Assembly: GCF_963921235.1 (NCBI RefSeq)
Contig: NC_086120.1
Coordinates: forward strand, 8,804,001-8,868,000
Origin: Mobula hypostoma
Lineage: Eukaryota
DNA: 64,000 bases
Reading direction: 5' to 3'
Position numbers and translations under genes: made by a program. Each line of letters begins with the position of its first letter. Position 1 is the stretch's first letter. The notes beneath the pieces were generated by a model. That model was not told the origin of the DNA. It saw nothing but the letters and a program-made list of their open reading frames with translations, and did not search any database. Shown here piece by piece: positions 48,335 through 61,989 of the stretch.

Positions 48335-50400
48335 AGGATGAAACATAGGAGAAGAATTAGGCCACTTGACCCATTGAGCCTGGTTTGTCGTGTTTAGTTT
48401 ATTATCCTTTCCGACCCCATTGATTCATTATCCTCCTGAACCCCATTCTCCTGCTTTCTCCCCATATGCTTTGACACCATTACTAATCAAGAACCTATCA
48501 ACCTCTGCTTTAAATAAACCCATTGAGATGGATTCCACAGCTGAATGTGACAAAATCTTCAACAGATCCATCACCCTCTGGCTAAAGAACTTCCTTTTCA
48601 TCTCTGTTCTAAAGGGACATCCTCATATTCTGAGGCTCTGCTCCTTAGTCCTATATTCCCCAAATATTGGAAACATCCTCTCCACATCAACTTCACTTGG
48701 CTTTTCAATATCCAATAGCATTCAATTTGATCCCCTCCTCATTCTTCTGAACTCCAGTGAGTATAGGTCTAGAGTCATCAAACGCTCATCATACGTTAAC
48801 CTTTTCATTCCAGCGATCACTCTTGTGAACCTCCTCTACATTGCCAGTACATCCTTTTCCAGTTAGGGGGACCAAAACTGCTCACAGCACTCTTTGTGAG
48901 GTTTGACTAATACCTTGTAAAGCCTCAACATTACATCTTTATGTTTATATTATTGTCCCCTCAAAACTAATGCTGAAGTTGCATTGAGCTTCCTTACTCC
49001 TGACTTAACCTGCAAATTAATTGTTAGGGAATTTTGTACCCGGACTATCAACTCGCTTTGCACCTCTGATTTCTGAACATTTTCTCCTGCTGAGAAAATA
49101 TTCCACACCTTTATTCCTTCTCCTAACGTGCATGGCCAAACACCTCCCTATGTCTTCCATCTCCCACTTCTTTGTCCATTTTCCAAATTTGCCAATGTTC
49201 TTCTCCATACTCCCTTCATCCTCAACACAAGCTGCCTCTCTACCTACTTTTGTATTGTCCACAAACTTGCCCAATAAAGCTATCAATTTCCTCATCTAAA
49301 TCATTGATATAGAAATGGAAAAGAAGCTGTCCCAACACTGACCCCAGCAGAGCAACACCAGTCATGGAATTCAACGACTGAAAGCCCTCTTTATTCTCAC
49401 ACTTTGCTTCCTGCCTGTCAGCCAACCTTCTATCCATCTGCTCTTATCATAGGCTCTGAAAATCCAAGTAAAAACAGGAACTGACTCTCCTTTGTCAATC
49501 CTGCTGTTATTTCCTCAAAGAATTCCAACTGATTTTTCAAGCAAGATTTCCTATTGAGGAAACCATGCTGATTTTGGCCTGTTTTTTATGTGTCTCCATG
49601 TGCCCCAAAACCTCACCCTGAAGAATGGAATCTAATATTTTGCCAGCCAGCAAAGGCAGACAAACTGGCTTATAATTTCTTGTCTTTTGCATCCCTCTCT
49701 TCTTAAAGAGTGGAGTGACATCTGTAACTTTCCAGTCCTCCAAAACCATCCCAGAATCTAATGATTCTTGAAAAATGACTGCTAATACTTCCACAATCTT
49801 TAAGCCACCTCTTTCAGAACCATGGGGTGCAGTCCATTGGGATCAAGTGGCTTATCTACCTGTCCAGGTAGATTATCTGAATTCAGCATTCTGTGTTTCT
49901 GTTGAAAGGACCACTGCTGAGATCACATCTGGGATACTACAAAAACATCTGTATTCCTTCTGCCACTGGCAAGCCTACCATTCTGCCACTCTGTATTTTC
50001 ATCCAAGTCATTTGCAGTTCGTCATAAAAAAACAGAGGTTCCAGCACTGATACCTGCGGAACACCAATAGCCATAGCCTTCCAATCTAGATACAGCCCCT
50101 CCATGATTACACACTATCTTTTATGGAAAACTAATTTTAAATCCAGTCCACAAAGTCATCATGGATCCAATGTGAATTGATCTTCTGCATCAGGCTACCC
50201 TGAAGGAGCTTATCAAAAGAATTCCTCAAATTTACGTAGACAACTTTTACTGCTCTACCCTCATCAATCATCTTCGTCACCTCCCCAAACACCTCAATCT
50301 GTTCTGTAAGGCATGATCTGCCTTGCACACAGCCATCCCGACTATCACTAATAAGCCCATACTTTTCCAAATGCAGCTAAATCCAATGCCTAAGATTCCT
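48335..50400 (-). mobile_element. CR1 RT and 3' UTR fragments
   Basis: Reverse-strand RT motifs (LAVIFQESLDSG, NYKPVCL, GKFVDNTKVG). The 48335-49780 part is paralogous to 60455-61870. Confidence 0.85.
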
Positions 50401-51789
50401 CTCTTGGAAGGAGGAGCCCTGCTTTTTCTCTCCAATCTCCCCTTTCACTGGATTCTGTACTCTGATGTGCAGATCATCTTGTAAGGGAAGATGAGGCCTG
50501 TGTCCACTGGAGTTTTGAAGACTGAGAGGGAACTTGATTGGATCATCATCTCCTGGTCGATCTTGGCAGGGTGGCTATGGACAGGATGTCTCCTTTTGAA
50601 GAAGCCTCCAGAACGAGATGCTAATTTTTAAAAGACCGGGGCTGATCACTTAGGACAGATGTGAAGATAAGTTTGTTTCCCTCTCAGAGGGTCATAAACC
50701 TTTGAATCATTTCTCAAGGGGCTTTGGAAGCAAAACCATTTGATACTTTCAAATTCAGAAGAGGGTGAAAGGTTACTTGGAACAAAGAGTATTGGAACTT
50801 TAAGGTTTCAAGAAGATCAACCATAATGTGGTTCAATATCAGAGCAGGTTCAAGGGGCTGTGCAATCTATTTAATCGAAATGAATGTTCATGTAGAAATT
50901 TACCTTAATGAATTCATGACACATCACTGAAGATTGTGCATGACTGAGCAATACTGGATCTCACTTTGAAATAGCTTCACACAGCCATTCCTTGCACAAT
51001 TCTACCCAGTGTTCAGTTGGTAGCCAAATACCCACTCAGTTCTGATTGGCAGGGGTTCGTGGAATCTTCCTGCTCAATACAAGGAAGGACTCAGATTACT
51101 CCATCTTAGTGGAGTTGTCAGGAGCTGGCCAAGTGTTTGAACACCCACAAAACTGACTCCAATTTAAACAGAGTCCTTGTCTGGAAGAAGTGTTTTCCTT
51201 CCGGAGTGCTCCCTTGTTCATTGTGTTGAGTCAGATCCAGGTTCAATTTCCCATATCACAGGCACTGTAGCCCAGGTTTCTTGGAAAAAAAACACATTCA
51301 CCAAATATCGGCAATGCAATGGCCATGACCCACCACTCCCACCTGAGAAATCTCACACCAACCTGTTCCCAGTTAGTGATATCTCAGTGATTTCTACAGG
51401 AGGAAGATAAATCTCATTTGTTGTAATGTTATACCAAATACTAGAGCAGAAACTGTGCAATTGTTCCTTTAGCAAAACACATAATGAGGCCATTCAGAAC
51501 ATTGGGTCCTTAGAAGCACCCAATGGAGTAACCCCATTGATGCCATCTCCATTTTACTCATTCACACCATCAAGTACAGTTTGATTCTATTCGTTCTTCA
51601 TTGCACTAAGGAGAAATTTCCAATCCCATATCTGCACCATGCAAGGAAAATGGAGCATCACTGGGAAACACAAATGGTCACAGAGAGAACATACAAATTT
51701 CACATGGATAAGCTCAGGATCAAATCCAGGTCACTGAAGCTGTGAGATATCAGCAGTGCATGACACCCCACACATGCAACCTTAGCGTA

Positions 51790-54140
51790 CTTGTACCTAT
51801 CTTCCAAATGCATAGCCCACTGCATCTGTAGGAAGTAGATGGGAATACGGGGGAACCTGTGCAGCCCTGGGACTGGTGAGTTCTGTTACCCTGACCAGTT
51901 TCTTTGTCATCTCTGGTACAGATACTGGAAATTCTAGCCCAATATCACTGTACAAGTATATACATTGTACAAATTCTGGAGGGTTGGAATTCTGGAGTTC
52001 TGTTACCCTGACCAGTTTCTTTGTCATCTCTGGTACAGATACATTGTAATACAAGTATATGCATTGTACAAATTCTGGAGGGTTGGAATTCTGGAGTTCT
52101 GTTATCCTGACCAGTTTCTTTGTCATCTCTGGTACAGATACTGGAAATTCTAGCCCAATATCACTGTACAAGTATATACATTGTACAAATTCTGGAGGGT
52201 TGGAAAGGCAGCTTTGACTGAGCTGGTCTGACACAAGTAACTTCCTCAAACCTCCAACCCCGCCAGTAGCCTCAAAATTCTCATTGTCCCTTTCTGGCTG
52301 TGTTGACATTATGCTTATTTGGCACACATTAGGCTAATGCACAGTGAGGGCGCTTTTGTTTGTACTTGTCCCTCTCGGACAGTGGCATTTGGTGATGCGT
52401 CATGTGTGTTGCTGCTTCCAGTTTCAAGAATGGCCCCGATTGATGATTGGGGTGTCTTAAAAAACTGCCTGTTTCTAGTGGCATGTGCTCTCCACTGACT
52501 CAGCAGTAGAGTTAATTTTGGGAGAAGGGGAAGAGTGGAACCTATTGAAATAATTAACTCCAATGGGGGCAATTCTCCAAAATGAAGCTCCAGCACACTG
52601 TATCATTGATATTCATTAATGATCACCCACCAGATAATATAAACCCAGGTCATAAATCTGTGAATCCATAGTGCGTCAAGTAGAACAGAAATGGAGAAAT
52701 TTGGATTTCTGTGATGATAGGAAAGGAACAGAGAATAGTACAGAACAGGAACTGGCCTTTTGAGCTACAAGGTTAATAAATGCTTTAATAATCAATTCCT
52801 TTCTGCCTACACAATGTTCATCTGTCTTCCTTTTCTGAACATTCAGGTGCCTACCTCAGAATGTCTGAAATGCCTTTTATCATATTAATATCCACTACCA
52901 ATTATATCAGTGCATTCTAGGCACTCACCACTCTCTGTGTAAACATGTACACTGCAAATTTCCTTTGAAATTCCCCCTCTCACCATTAATTCATGCCATC
53001 TCATATCAGACACTTTTATCATGGGAGAAATATGCCAGATTGAACCAAACCCTCCCAATAACACCTGCCTTCAACTTTGGATAGCATCCTGGTAAACCTC
53101 TTCTGCACCCTCTCTAAAGCCTCCCCATCATTCCCATAATGGGATGACCAGATCTCAATGCAATAAATGAGGCAATGGATCCAAGGGAGAAATATGTCAT
53201 TGATCACAGCATCAATATGTAGATAGATTTAATATAATAGAATGTGTCTTTACATAATCATTTATTGAAATGTACAGAACAACAAAGTCCACATCATGCT
53301 GCCTATTCCAGAATTGATCTATTGTTCTTCCGAGGAAAATGCAGTTACTACAACCAATGTCCCTGCTCAGCATTACAAGTTAAACCTCAGCCAGGATGTC
53401 CACACTCCTGCTCACTATCAGTGACCCTGATTGCTGGCTGTTTGAAAAGGGTAGCACTGTGTGAGATGGATTAACTTGCCCTTGTCTGCCCACTCTCACT
53501 GTCTGGATTCCCATGGGAAGAGTTGTCACTGGGTTAGATGCTCCTGATGACCTCAGAGAAAGAGGAAATTTGAACCACCCAAACACATGTGTAAATTGTG
53601 GATATGCAGTTATTCTTCTCAGTGACAACTGATATAGAATTGTTATCTGAAGCTACTTTCTGTGTGCCCTTATTCATTAAACCCGGGCATGTCTAAGGAA
53701 GGACACACAGATGCGACCAGGTTTTGATTTCAGGATCTCCAGGACTGAAAACAACAGCATGGCCATGTCCATAGATGAAATGTGGGAACTAAACAAGGTC
53801 ATCATGTGAAGGGCAGCTACCCTTCCTGTTCCCAATCACAAGGATAATATTCTTTCTTTGAGAGAGTTTGATCCAAAGTTTCATCAACATTCAAGAAGTA
53901 CTGTACAATGGGTGAACTATTTCACAGAGTTGAATTCTGACCCATTCCTGCCATTGCGGAAGTGAAAATTTGCTTGACGTGTAACAAACACAACTGAGAA
54001 TGAGATAACTGTATGATGATCCATATTTACCATCGTCATACACAGGATATGTAAACCCTTCCTTCATTAAATAGGTACTAATTGAAATATGCTCAAAATT
54101 CATGAGTTTGTCAATTTCAAATCAAGCATGTTCCTCACTT
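51790..54140 (+). repeat. Unexplained paralogous module, copy B (internally deleted and tandem-duplicated)
   Basis: High similarity to copy C and lower similarity to copy A; lacks about 380 bp and about 1 kb that are present in C. Confidence 0.6.
51878..52205 (+). repeat. Tandem triplication of a 99-117 bp unit
   Basis: GAGTTCTGTTA(C/T)CCTGACCAGTTTCTTTGTC starts at 51878, 51995 and 52094. Confidence 0.92.
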
Positions 54141-54559
54141 GTGTAATCTTTCCTGTCCCGGCTCACTAGAATCTAAAGCAAGTCTGAGTTTGCAGGTTTT
54201 CTGTCTTAGATAAGTAATTTATTGACTTTACTGAACCCATATTTCCACTGCAACTTGTGTGAATTGTAACGTGGTCAGTACAGACGAGGTAGGCTGGGAG
54301 CATTAAGAGTTTGGTGGAAGGATGATCATACTCAAATGTGAAATCCCCACTGGAGTGGCCGCTAATGACATCACCTCCCTTGTTGCTGAAAGTAGAGAAA
54401 TCCGGCTGTGTGGGTTTGTTTCCTGGAGCTCTGTCTCCTGAGAAATGCACTGTCACATTTCTGATATAGAGATGGGCCCAAGAGACTGTTACCGATTATC
54501 TATCAATCTGTTTATTTGTTTGTTCATTTTGTTACTTACATATCTATCTATATATCTGG

Positions 54560-57375
54560 TTGTTTATATATGTACCAGTATTGCAGAGGAGTGAAGGGAA
54601 TTACAGAGGCATGAGAGAGGAAATGACCAAAACTGATAGGAACAGAACACTGGCAGAGATGACGGCAAAGTAATAATGGATGGACTTTCTGAGAGCAATT
54701 TGGAAAGTGCAGGAAAAATACATCCCAAAGAGGAAGAAGTACTCTAAAGTTAGGATGACAGAACCGTGGCTGACAAAAGAAGTCAAAGACAACATAAAAG
54801 CCAAACTGAGGGCATATCATTGAGCAAACGTTAGTGGGAAGTTCGAGAATTGGGAAGCTTTTTAAAACCAACAGAAGGCAACTAAAAAGTCACAAAGAAA
54901 GAAAAAATGGAATACGAAAGTAAGCTCACAAATTAATATTAAAGAGTATATCAAAAGTTTCTTTTGATATGTCAAATGCAGGGGAAAGACAAGAGAAGAT
55001 AGTGGACTGCTGAAAAATGATGCAGGAGAGGTAGTAATGAGGGTGAAGGAAATGGCAGATGAACTGATTGTGTATTTTGTATCAGTGTTCACTGCAGAAG
55101 ACACCAGCAGTATGCTGGAACTTCGTGTTAGTTATGCAGCAGAAGTGTATGAAGTTGCGATATCTAGGGAGAAGATTCTTGGGAAACTGAAAAGTCTGAA
55201 GGTAGGTAAGTCACCTGGACCAGATAGTATCTGTCCCAGGGTTCTGAAAGATGTAGCTGAAGATGTTGTAGAGACGTTAGTAGTAATCTTTCTAGAATCA
55301 ATTCATTCTGGTATGGTACCAGAGGAATGGAAAATGTCATTCCACTCTTCAAGAAGGGAGAGAGGCAAAAGGAAATTATTGACTGGTTAGTCTGACCTCA
55401 TTGATTGGGAAGATGTAGGAGTTGATTGTTAAAGAAGTGGTTTTGGGTTACTTGGAGGCATGTGATGAAGTATGCTTTAATCAGCATGGTTTCCATAAGG
55501 GAAAACCTGGCCTGACAGTACTGTTGGGATTCTTTGAAGAAAGAACACACAAATCAGACAAAGGAGAATCAGATGTTGTGCACTTGGATTTTCAGAAGAC
55601 CTTTGACAAGGTGCAGCACATGAGGCTACTTAACAATTTAAGAGCTATGGTATGACAGGAAAGATATTAACATGGATGGAGCATTGGCTGATTAGCAGGA
55701 GGGAAAACTGAAAGGGAGCCTTTTCTGGTTGGCTGCTTGTGAATCGTGCTGTTCCACAGAGGTCTCTGTTAGGACGGCTTATTTTTACATTATATGCCAA
55801 TGACTTGGATGCTGGAATTGATGGTTTTGTGGCCAGGTTTGTGGACAATATGAAGATAGGTGCAGGGCACATCATTCTGAGCAAGTAGAAAGCATACAGA
55901 AGGACTTAGATAAATTAGGAGAATGAGCAAAGTGGCAAATGTAGTACAGTGTCAGGAAGTGTCTGGTCATGCACTTTGGTAGAAGAAATCAAAAGGTAGA
56001 CTATTTTCTAAATGGAGAGGAATTTTAAAAATCTGAGGTGAAAAACGACTTGGGAGTCTTTCTGCAAGATTCCCTGATGGTTAATTTGCAAGTTCAGTTG
56101 GCAGTGAAGAAGGCAAATGTGATGTTAGCATTCATTTTGAGAGGGTTACAATACAAAAACAAGGATGTTATGCTCAGGCTTTATAGAGCACAGGGGAGTA
56201 TTCTGAGCAGTTTTGGGCCCCTTATCTGAGAACGGATATGCTGACATTGGAGAGGGTACAAAGGAGGTTCACAAAAACGATTCCAGGATTGAAAAGCTTA
56301 TCATATGAGGAGCATTTTATGCTCTAGGCCTCTACTCACTGGAATTCAGAAGAATGAGGGGTGACTTTGTTGAAAGCTATTGAATGTTGAAAGGCCTCAA
56401 CAAAGTGGATGTGGAGAGGATGTTCCCTATGGTGGGGGAGTACAAGACCAGAGGACATAGCCTCAAAATACAGGCACCCTTTTAGAATGGAGATGAGGAG
56501 GAATTTCTTCAGCCAGTGAGTGATGAATCTGTGGAATTCATTGCCACAGGTGAGTGTGGATGCCAAGTCCGTGGAGGGAGGAGAAGGTGGTGGCGCGACA
56601 CAGCGCGCGCTTCCGTTCTGCATGAATATCGTATGTATAACTAGGGGACTGTGCACAAACCGGATTTGATGGAGACAGCCGTGAGAAGCAGGGAGGAACA
56701 TCTGGAGTAACTTCTGAAATGCCTGCTTCACTGCCGCTGCTGCTGTATGATCGAGAATCTCTGGAGACGAAGTCCCCAAATCCTCGGCTTCTGTTGATGG
56801 GGCCCGGGTTGAAGCACTCGGCAGAGATGGTGCTTGGCGTTCGGTGTCAGAGATCTGGTCAGAGGCTCGGAGTTTTCGGACGGACTCAGAGTCGGACTGT
56901 GGTCGGATGCTTCCAGTATGCTGCATCGGCAAGTTGGCGGCGCCGGAGGTTTACCGTCTGCGTGAGTGATGGGACTTCCGAGAGACTTTGAGACTTTTAC
57001 TGTGCCATGGTCTGTTCTTATCAAGTTACGGTATTGCTTTGCACTGTTGTAACTATATGTTATAATGATGTGGTTTTTGTTAGTTTTTAAGTCGATTTGT
57101 CATGTGTTTCCATGATATCATTCTGGAAAGGCATTGTATCATTTCTTCATGCATGCATTACTAAATGACAATAAAAGAGGACTGTGTGTCCTCATAATCT
57201 AATCTAATCTAATATTTAAGGCAGAGGTTGATTAGATTCTTGATCAGTCACGGCATGAAAGGATACAAAGAGAAGGCGGGATTGGAGCTGAGAAGGGAAA
57301 TGGATCCATCATGATGAAATGGTGGAGCAGAATAGTTGAGCCAAATGGCCTTATTCTGATTCTGTATCTTATGGT
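54560..57375 (+). mobile_element. CR1 (tether, RT, 3' UTR) with an inserted element at 56577-57213
   Basis: KSPGPD..PRVLKD and LDFQKTFDKV motifs; CR1 tail ending CTTATGGTCTTA. Confidence 0.85.
56577..57213 (+). mobile_element. About 640 bp non-coding interspersed element, copy 2
   Basis: Collinear with 31887-32506; ends in (AATCT)n; interrupts a CR1 3' region. Confidence 0.7.
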
Positions 57376-57399
57376 CTTATTAGGGGAATGGCTGGAGAA

Positions 57400-59038
57400 T
57401 GAATAAGGTAGAAATGAATTGGATTCTTAGGACTTCCAGTCGTCAACTTGAGAGGACAGAAAGATGAAGAATATGTCCATATTCCAACAGTCTACCATCC
57501 AAGGCCGTAGCACAGATAAGATGACAGAGTCTTTACCTTATGAATTTGGAATCTCTCAGCCAGTCTGATGTCCAAAAAATTTTCTGATGATCCAGATTCT
57601 TGCAAGGCTCTCACAGAATGTTGATGTCTCCCCCAAGATAATAGGAGTAGTATATCCACTCCAGAACTTGACAAAACGGGAGAGAGTCTTGAGACTAACC
57701 TTAAAAGTTTTCCACTCACTGGACAGTCCTTGGAGTTTTCCCAACAACCTGGGGCAGGTGACTCGGAAGTGGCCAGTTGTACCACAGTACTAGCAATACC
57801 TCTGCCTCATACGTCCCTCTCGCTCTACTGGGGAGACCCGGGTTGTTCCAGGTTACATGGGATTTTCCAGAAATGTCTGTAGGGTCTGCTTTGGCTACTA
57901 GATTGAGGAACCGGAGTAGGCATTGGGCATTTCTGAGAAACAGCCTTCTGGGTGAACTTGCCACATCTCTCCGGCCTTCTTTCAGGAATATGATTGTCAA
58001 TTCTTATGGTCACGTCTTAAATACCTCCAATTGCACTGCCTGATCCTTGGATGCAAAAACGCCTCTAAACTGGTCATTTAATCCCTGTCTAAACGTTATC
58101 CCACATGCGTTCTGCCATGTGGGTACAAAAATCAATGCAATAGTCGGCCATGTATCACGCTCCCTGATGTAGCTGTGGGCATCTGCTGGCTCCCTCTGAG
58201 GCCCCAGCAGGATGACAGAATATTCTCCTCATCATTCTTACAAATAGTTTTATATCAGAATACACAGCAGCATCCTTCTCCCATAAAGCTGTTGCCCATG
58301 AAAGGGCTCTGCCTGAGAGGAGGGAAATTATATAGGCCTCCTGATACCTGTCCGAAGGGAACCCCGCAAGTTCTAACTCAACGACTATGGAGAATTGATT
58401 TTAGAACTCGCGGAAAGATTCAGTGTCCCTATTGTATCGCTCCAGGGCAGCAGATTAATTGACTGTCTATGGTAGTTCTGGGAACATTTAGCAGGACACA
58501 CAGGCGAGTGATTGAAACCAGAATCCTTCTGCAATGATGCGAGTATTTATTGGAGATGCTGCTCATGACATCAAACTCCACTGTGTCCATGACTGGCTGA
58601 GCCCTGCTGTCATAATATTCAGACGAGCGGATCCGGGTACAGAGTAAATTCAGGACTCTGCAGACAGAGGAAATTAATGATGAAGATTTATTTGGAGAAT
58701 AATGTAAAGACTAATCAAACCAACAGCTCACTTACTCAGGACTAAAGCTCACAGAATGAAAATCCAGGACTCAGCGATGAGTGCTGGTCCAGAATAAACT
58801 TCAATGGAATATAATACGCAAGCAACCCTTCAGGGTCAAAATCAAAATCAAAAAAAGGACCAAGAATAAGAAGCACAGGAAACCATATTCACATGACAGG
58901 CATCCCACAAAAAAAGTGTCTGCTTAATGATAAAAGTAGTCATTAAAATAAATCCAACAACATCAAATAAATGACATTCAGATGCATCAAGACCTGCTGC
59001 TACCCGACGCCCCTCGCTGGTCCGAAGGGTTCATCACA
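57400..59038 (-). mobile_element. Ty3/Gypsy (Sushi/PEG10-like) LTR retrotransposon 5' part: LTR, gag, CCHC knuckle, -1 slippery site, dead protease
   Basis: Putative LTR at 58608-59038 (TGT..ACA); gag starts MDTVE at 58590; AYIISLLSGRALSWATALWE motif; C*YCGTTGHFRVTC at 57754-95; G GGA AAA slippery site; ALQESGSSENFLD in the -1 frame. Confidence 0.82.
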
Positions 59039-59360
59039 CACATGCACACACACACAAACCTGTCTACCTAGTTTATTTATTTGTATTTATTTAGAGCTAC
59101 AGCGTGGAAAAGGCCCTTCCAGCTCTTCAACCCACGTAGCCCAGCAACCCCTGATTTAACCCTAACCTAATCATGAGACAATTTACAATGACCAGTTAAC
59201 CTACTAATCTAAGAAGCATGAAGGCACACAGTCAATGATTCAGGAACATCTTTTTTCCCTCTGCCATCTGATTCCTAATTTGACATTGAACCCTTGGATA
59301 CTACCTCACTTTTTTAATATTTCTGTTTTTGCACGTTTTTTAATCTATTCAATATATGTA

Positions 59361-59948
59361 TGTAACGCGCTGTCAGGTTTCACTGTCAAGGCTAATGTCA
59401 TGGCTTCTATGTAATGTTCCACTGCTGAGGTAATGGTTTCTCTGTAACAGCAATATTTGGGTTATGACTGGAGATAATGGGGCTTTGGAATCCAATGGGA
59501 GAAATGTTGTTCTTTCTTGTGTGTCTGCGAGCCGGGTTTCTCGCGGTCTTTTCATCGGGGAGCGACGGAGAGATAGAGGACTGAATGGTGAGAGTCGGAA
59601 GACCGCTGGTCAGAGAGGAATGATGAGCGTGGGTGCAAAGGCAGGCTATGCTTGGAGGTCAATGGGAACAAATGAACGAATAGTGACCTCCAACAATGCA
59701 CAATAGACTGTTTCATGAGAATGGACCCATTTTGTTTTTTTGTTTCTTTACTAACCATAGAGTCAAATTAAGCATGACAAAGGTCAATTGCTTAATCACA
59801 TATTGTGTACTGTTTTATATTTTGCAGTGCGGATTTGTAAGCTGACAACACATCACGTAGCATCCACACAAACGAGATTTCTCAGTTTGACAGAGCCAGA
59901 AGTTGTTTCCCCCAAGACAGACACATGCTGGCCAAGCCTGAGGGTTAG
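59361..59948. mobile_element. Probable solo LTR inserted in an L2/Rex1 3' tail (about 59210-60050)
   Basis: Starts TGTAAC and ends near GGGTTA; the flanking host tail rejoins as ..CAATATATGTA|..TACTGTAATTGATTTAC. Confidence 0.55.
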
Positions 59949-60454
59949 GTATATACTGTAATTGATTTACTTGTTAATTTATTATTATTATTATTATTTT
60001 ATTTATTTAGTTTTCTCTTCTAGTTTATGTATTGCATTGAACTACTGCTGGTAATAAGTCAGCCATAATGCAATGGCGGAGTAGATGAGCTGAATGACCT
60101 GTTTCTGCTCCTATGTGTTGTGGTCTTATGGTGCAATTTATTAAAATGCATAATGAGGCCATTCAGTCCATTGGGTCCATGCAAGGTCCCAACAGAGCAA
60201 CCCCATTGATACCTGTTCTGTTATCCTCAATCATGCCATCAAATTCTGGTACCACGGAAATCAATGGGGTATCATGAGTAAAGCACACCAGTGACTGGAA
60301 TCATATCTCACCTGTGTAAAATTTTGTGGTTGTTGTACTTCAAACGTCCCAGTCCCATGATATCACTGCAGCAGTTCCTCATGGACTACATTCAACCCAA
60401 GCATGTTTGCTGCTTCATCAGGAATCTTCCTTCCACTACAAGACCTACATAAGA

Positions 60455-61870
60455 CCATAAAACATAGGAGAAGAATTAGGCCATTTGACCCATCGAGTCT
60501 GCTTTGTCATGTTTAATTTATTATCCTTTTCAACCTCATTGATTCATGGTTGATTCATTATCCTTCTGAAACCCATTCTCTGGCTTTCTCTCCATATGCT
60601 TTGTTACTATTACTAATCAAGAACCTATCAATCTCTGCTTTAAATAAACCCATTGAGATGGCCTCCACAGCTGCCTGTGGCAAAAACCTCAACAGATTCA
60701 TCACCCTCTGGCTAATGAACTTCCTTTTCATCTCTTTTCAAAAGGGACATCCTCGTATTCTGAGGCTGTGTTCCCTCATCCTGTATTCTCCAAATATTGG
60801 AAACATCCTCTCCACATCCACTCCACTTGGCTTTTCAATATTCAATAGGATTCAATTAGATCCCCTCCTCATTCTTCTGAACTCCCGTGAGTACAGGTCC
60901 AGAGATATCAAACACACATCAAATGTTAACCTTTTCATTCCAGCGATTACGCTTGTGAACCTCCTCTATGAAGCCAGTATATCCTTTTCCAGATAAGGGG
61001 ACCAAAACTACTCACAATACTCCTTGTGCAGTCTGACTAATACCTTGTAGAACCTCAACATTACATCCCTGTTTTTATATTATAGTTCCTTCAAAACTAA
61101 TGCCAAAGTTGCATTTACCTTCCTTACTACCGACTCAAGCTACAAATTAATCTTTAAAGATTTCTGTACTAAGCTATCAACTCTCTTTGCTCCTCTGATT
61201 TCCGAACATTTTCCCCTGTTAAGAAAGTGGTCTCCACTCTTATTCCTTCTCCCAAAGTGCACGGGAAACACCTCCCTGTGTCTTCCATCTCCCACTTCTT
61301 TACACATTTTCCTAATTTGTCAATGTCCTCCTCAACACAAGCTGCCCCTTCACCAATCTTTGTTTAGTCCAAAAACTTGCCCAATAAAGCTATCAATTTC
61401 ATCATCTAAATCATTGATTTATAGATGGAAAAGAAACGGCCCCAACACTGACCCCAGCACAACAACACCAAGCATGGCAGTGAACTACTAAAAGCCCTCT
61501 TTATTCCCACACTTTGTTTCCTACCCTGTCAGCCAATCTTCTATCCATGTGCTCTTATCATTGGCTCTGAAAATCCATGTAAAAAACAGGAACTGACTCT
61601 CCTTTGTCAATCCTGCTGTTATTTCCTCAAAGAATTCCAACTGGTTTTTCAGGCAAGATTTCCCATTGAGCTTCATGCTGATTTTGGCCTGTTTTTCATG
61701 TGTCTCCAAGTACCCCAAAACCTCACCCTGAAGAATGGACTCCAGTATCTCGCCAACCACCAAAGGCAGACAATCTGGCTGATAATTTCCTGTCTTTTGC
61801 ATCCCTCTCTTCTTAAAGAGTGGAGTGATATTTGTAATTTTACAGACCTCCAAAACCAATCCAGATTCTG
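60455..61870 (-). mobile_element. CR1 fragment, duplicate of 48335-49780
   Basis: Same start and the same internal deletion junction (CTATCCAT.TGCTCTTATCAT.GGCTCTGAAAATCC). Confidence 0.85.
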
Positions 61871-61989
61871 TTCTTTCTTCATTGCATTAAGGGGAAATTA
61901 CAGATTTCACATGGACAAACTCAGGATCAAATCCAGGTCTCTGAAGCTGTGAGATATCAGCAGTGCATGACACCCCACACATGCTACCT

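Noticed and set aside
51797-52327. 176-aa minus-strand ORF
   Set aside because: Its length comes from the tandem triplication; the copies in A and C are interrupted.
51790-54460. The module as the pol gene of the adjacent Gypsy element
   Set aside because: No convincing RT (YxDD), RNase H or integrase motifs in any frame, and only weak chance-level similarities. It is not fully excluded without a profile search.
56336-57024. Several long overlapping ORFs
   Set aside because: They arise from GC-rich interspersed-repeat sequence and antisense CR1; no protein features.
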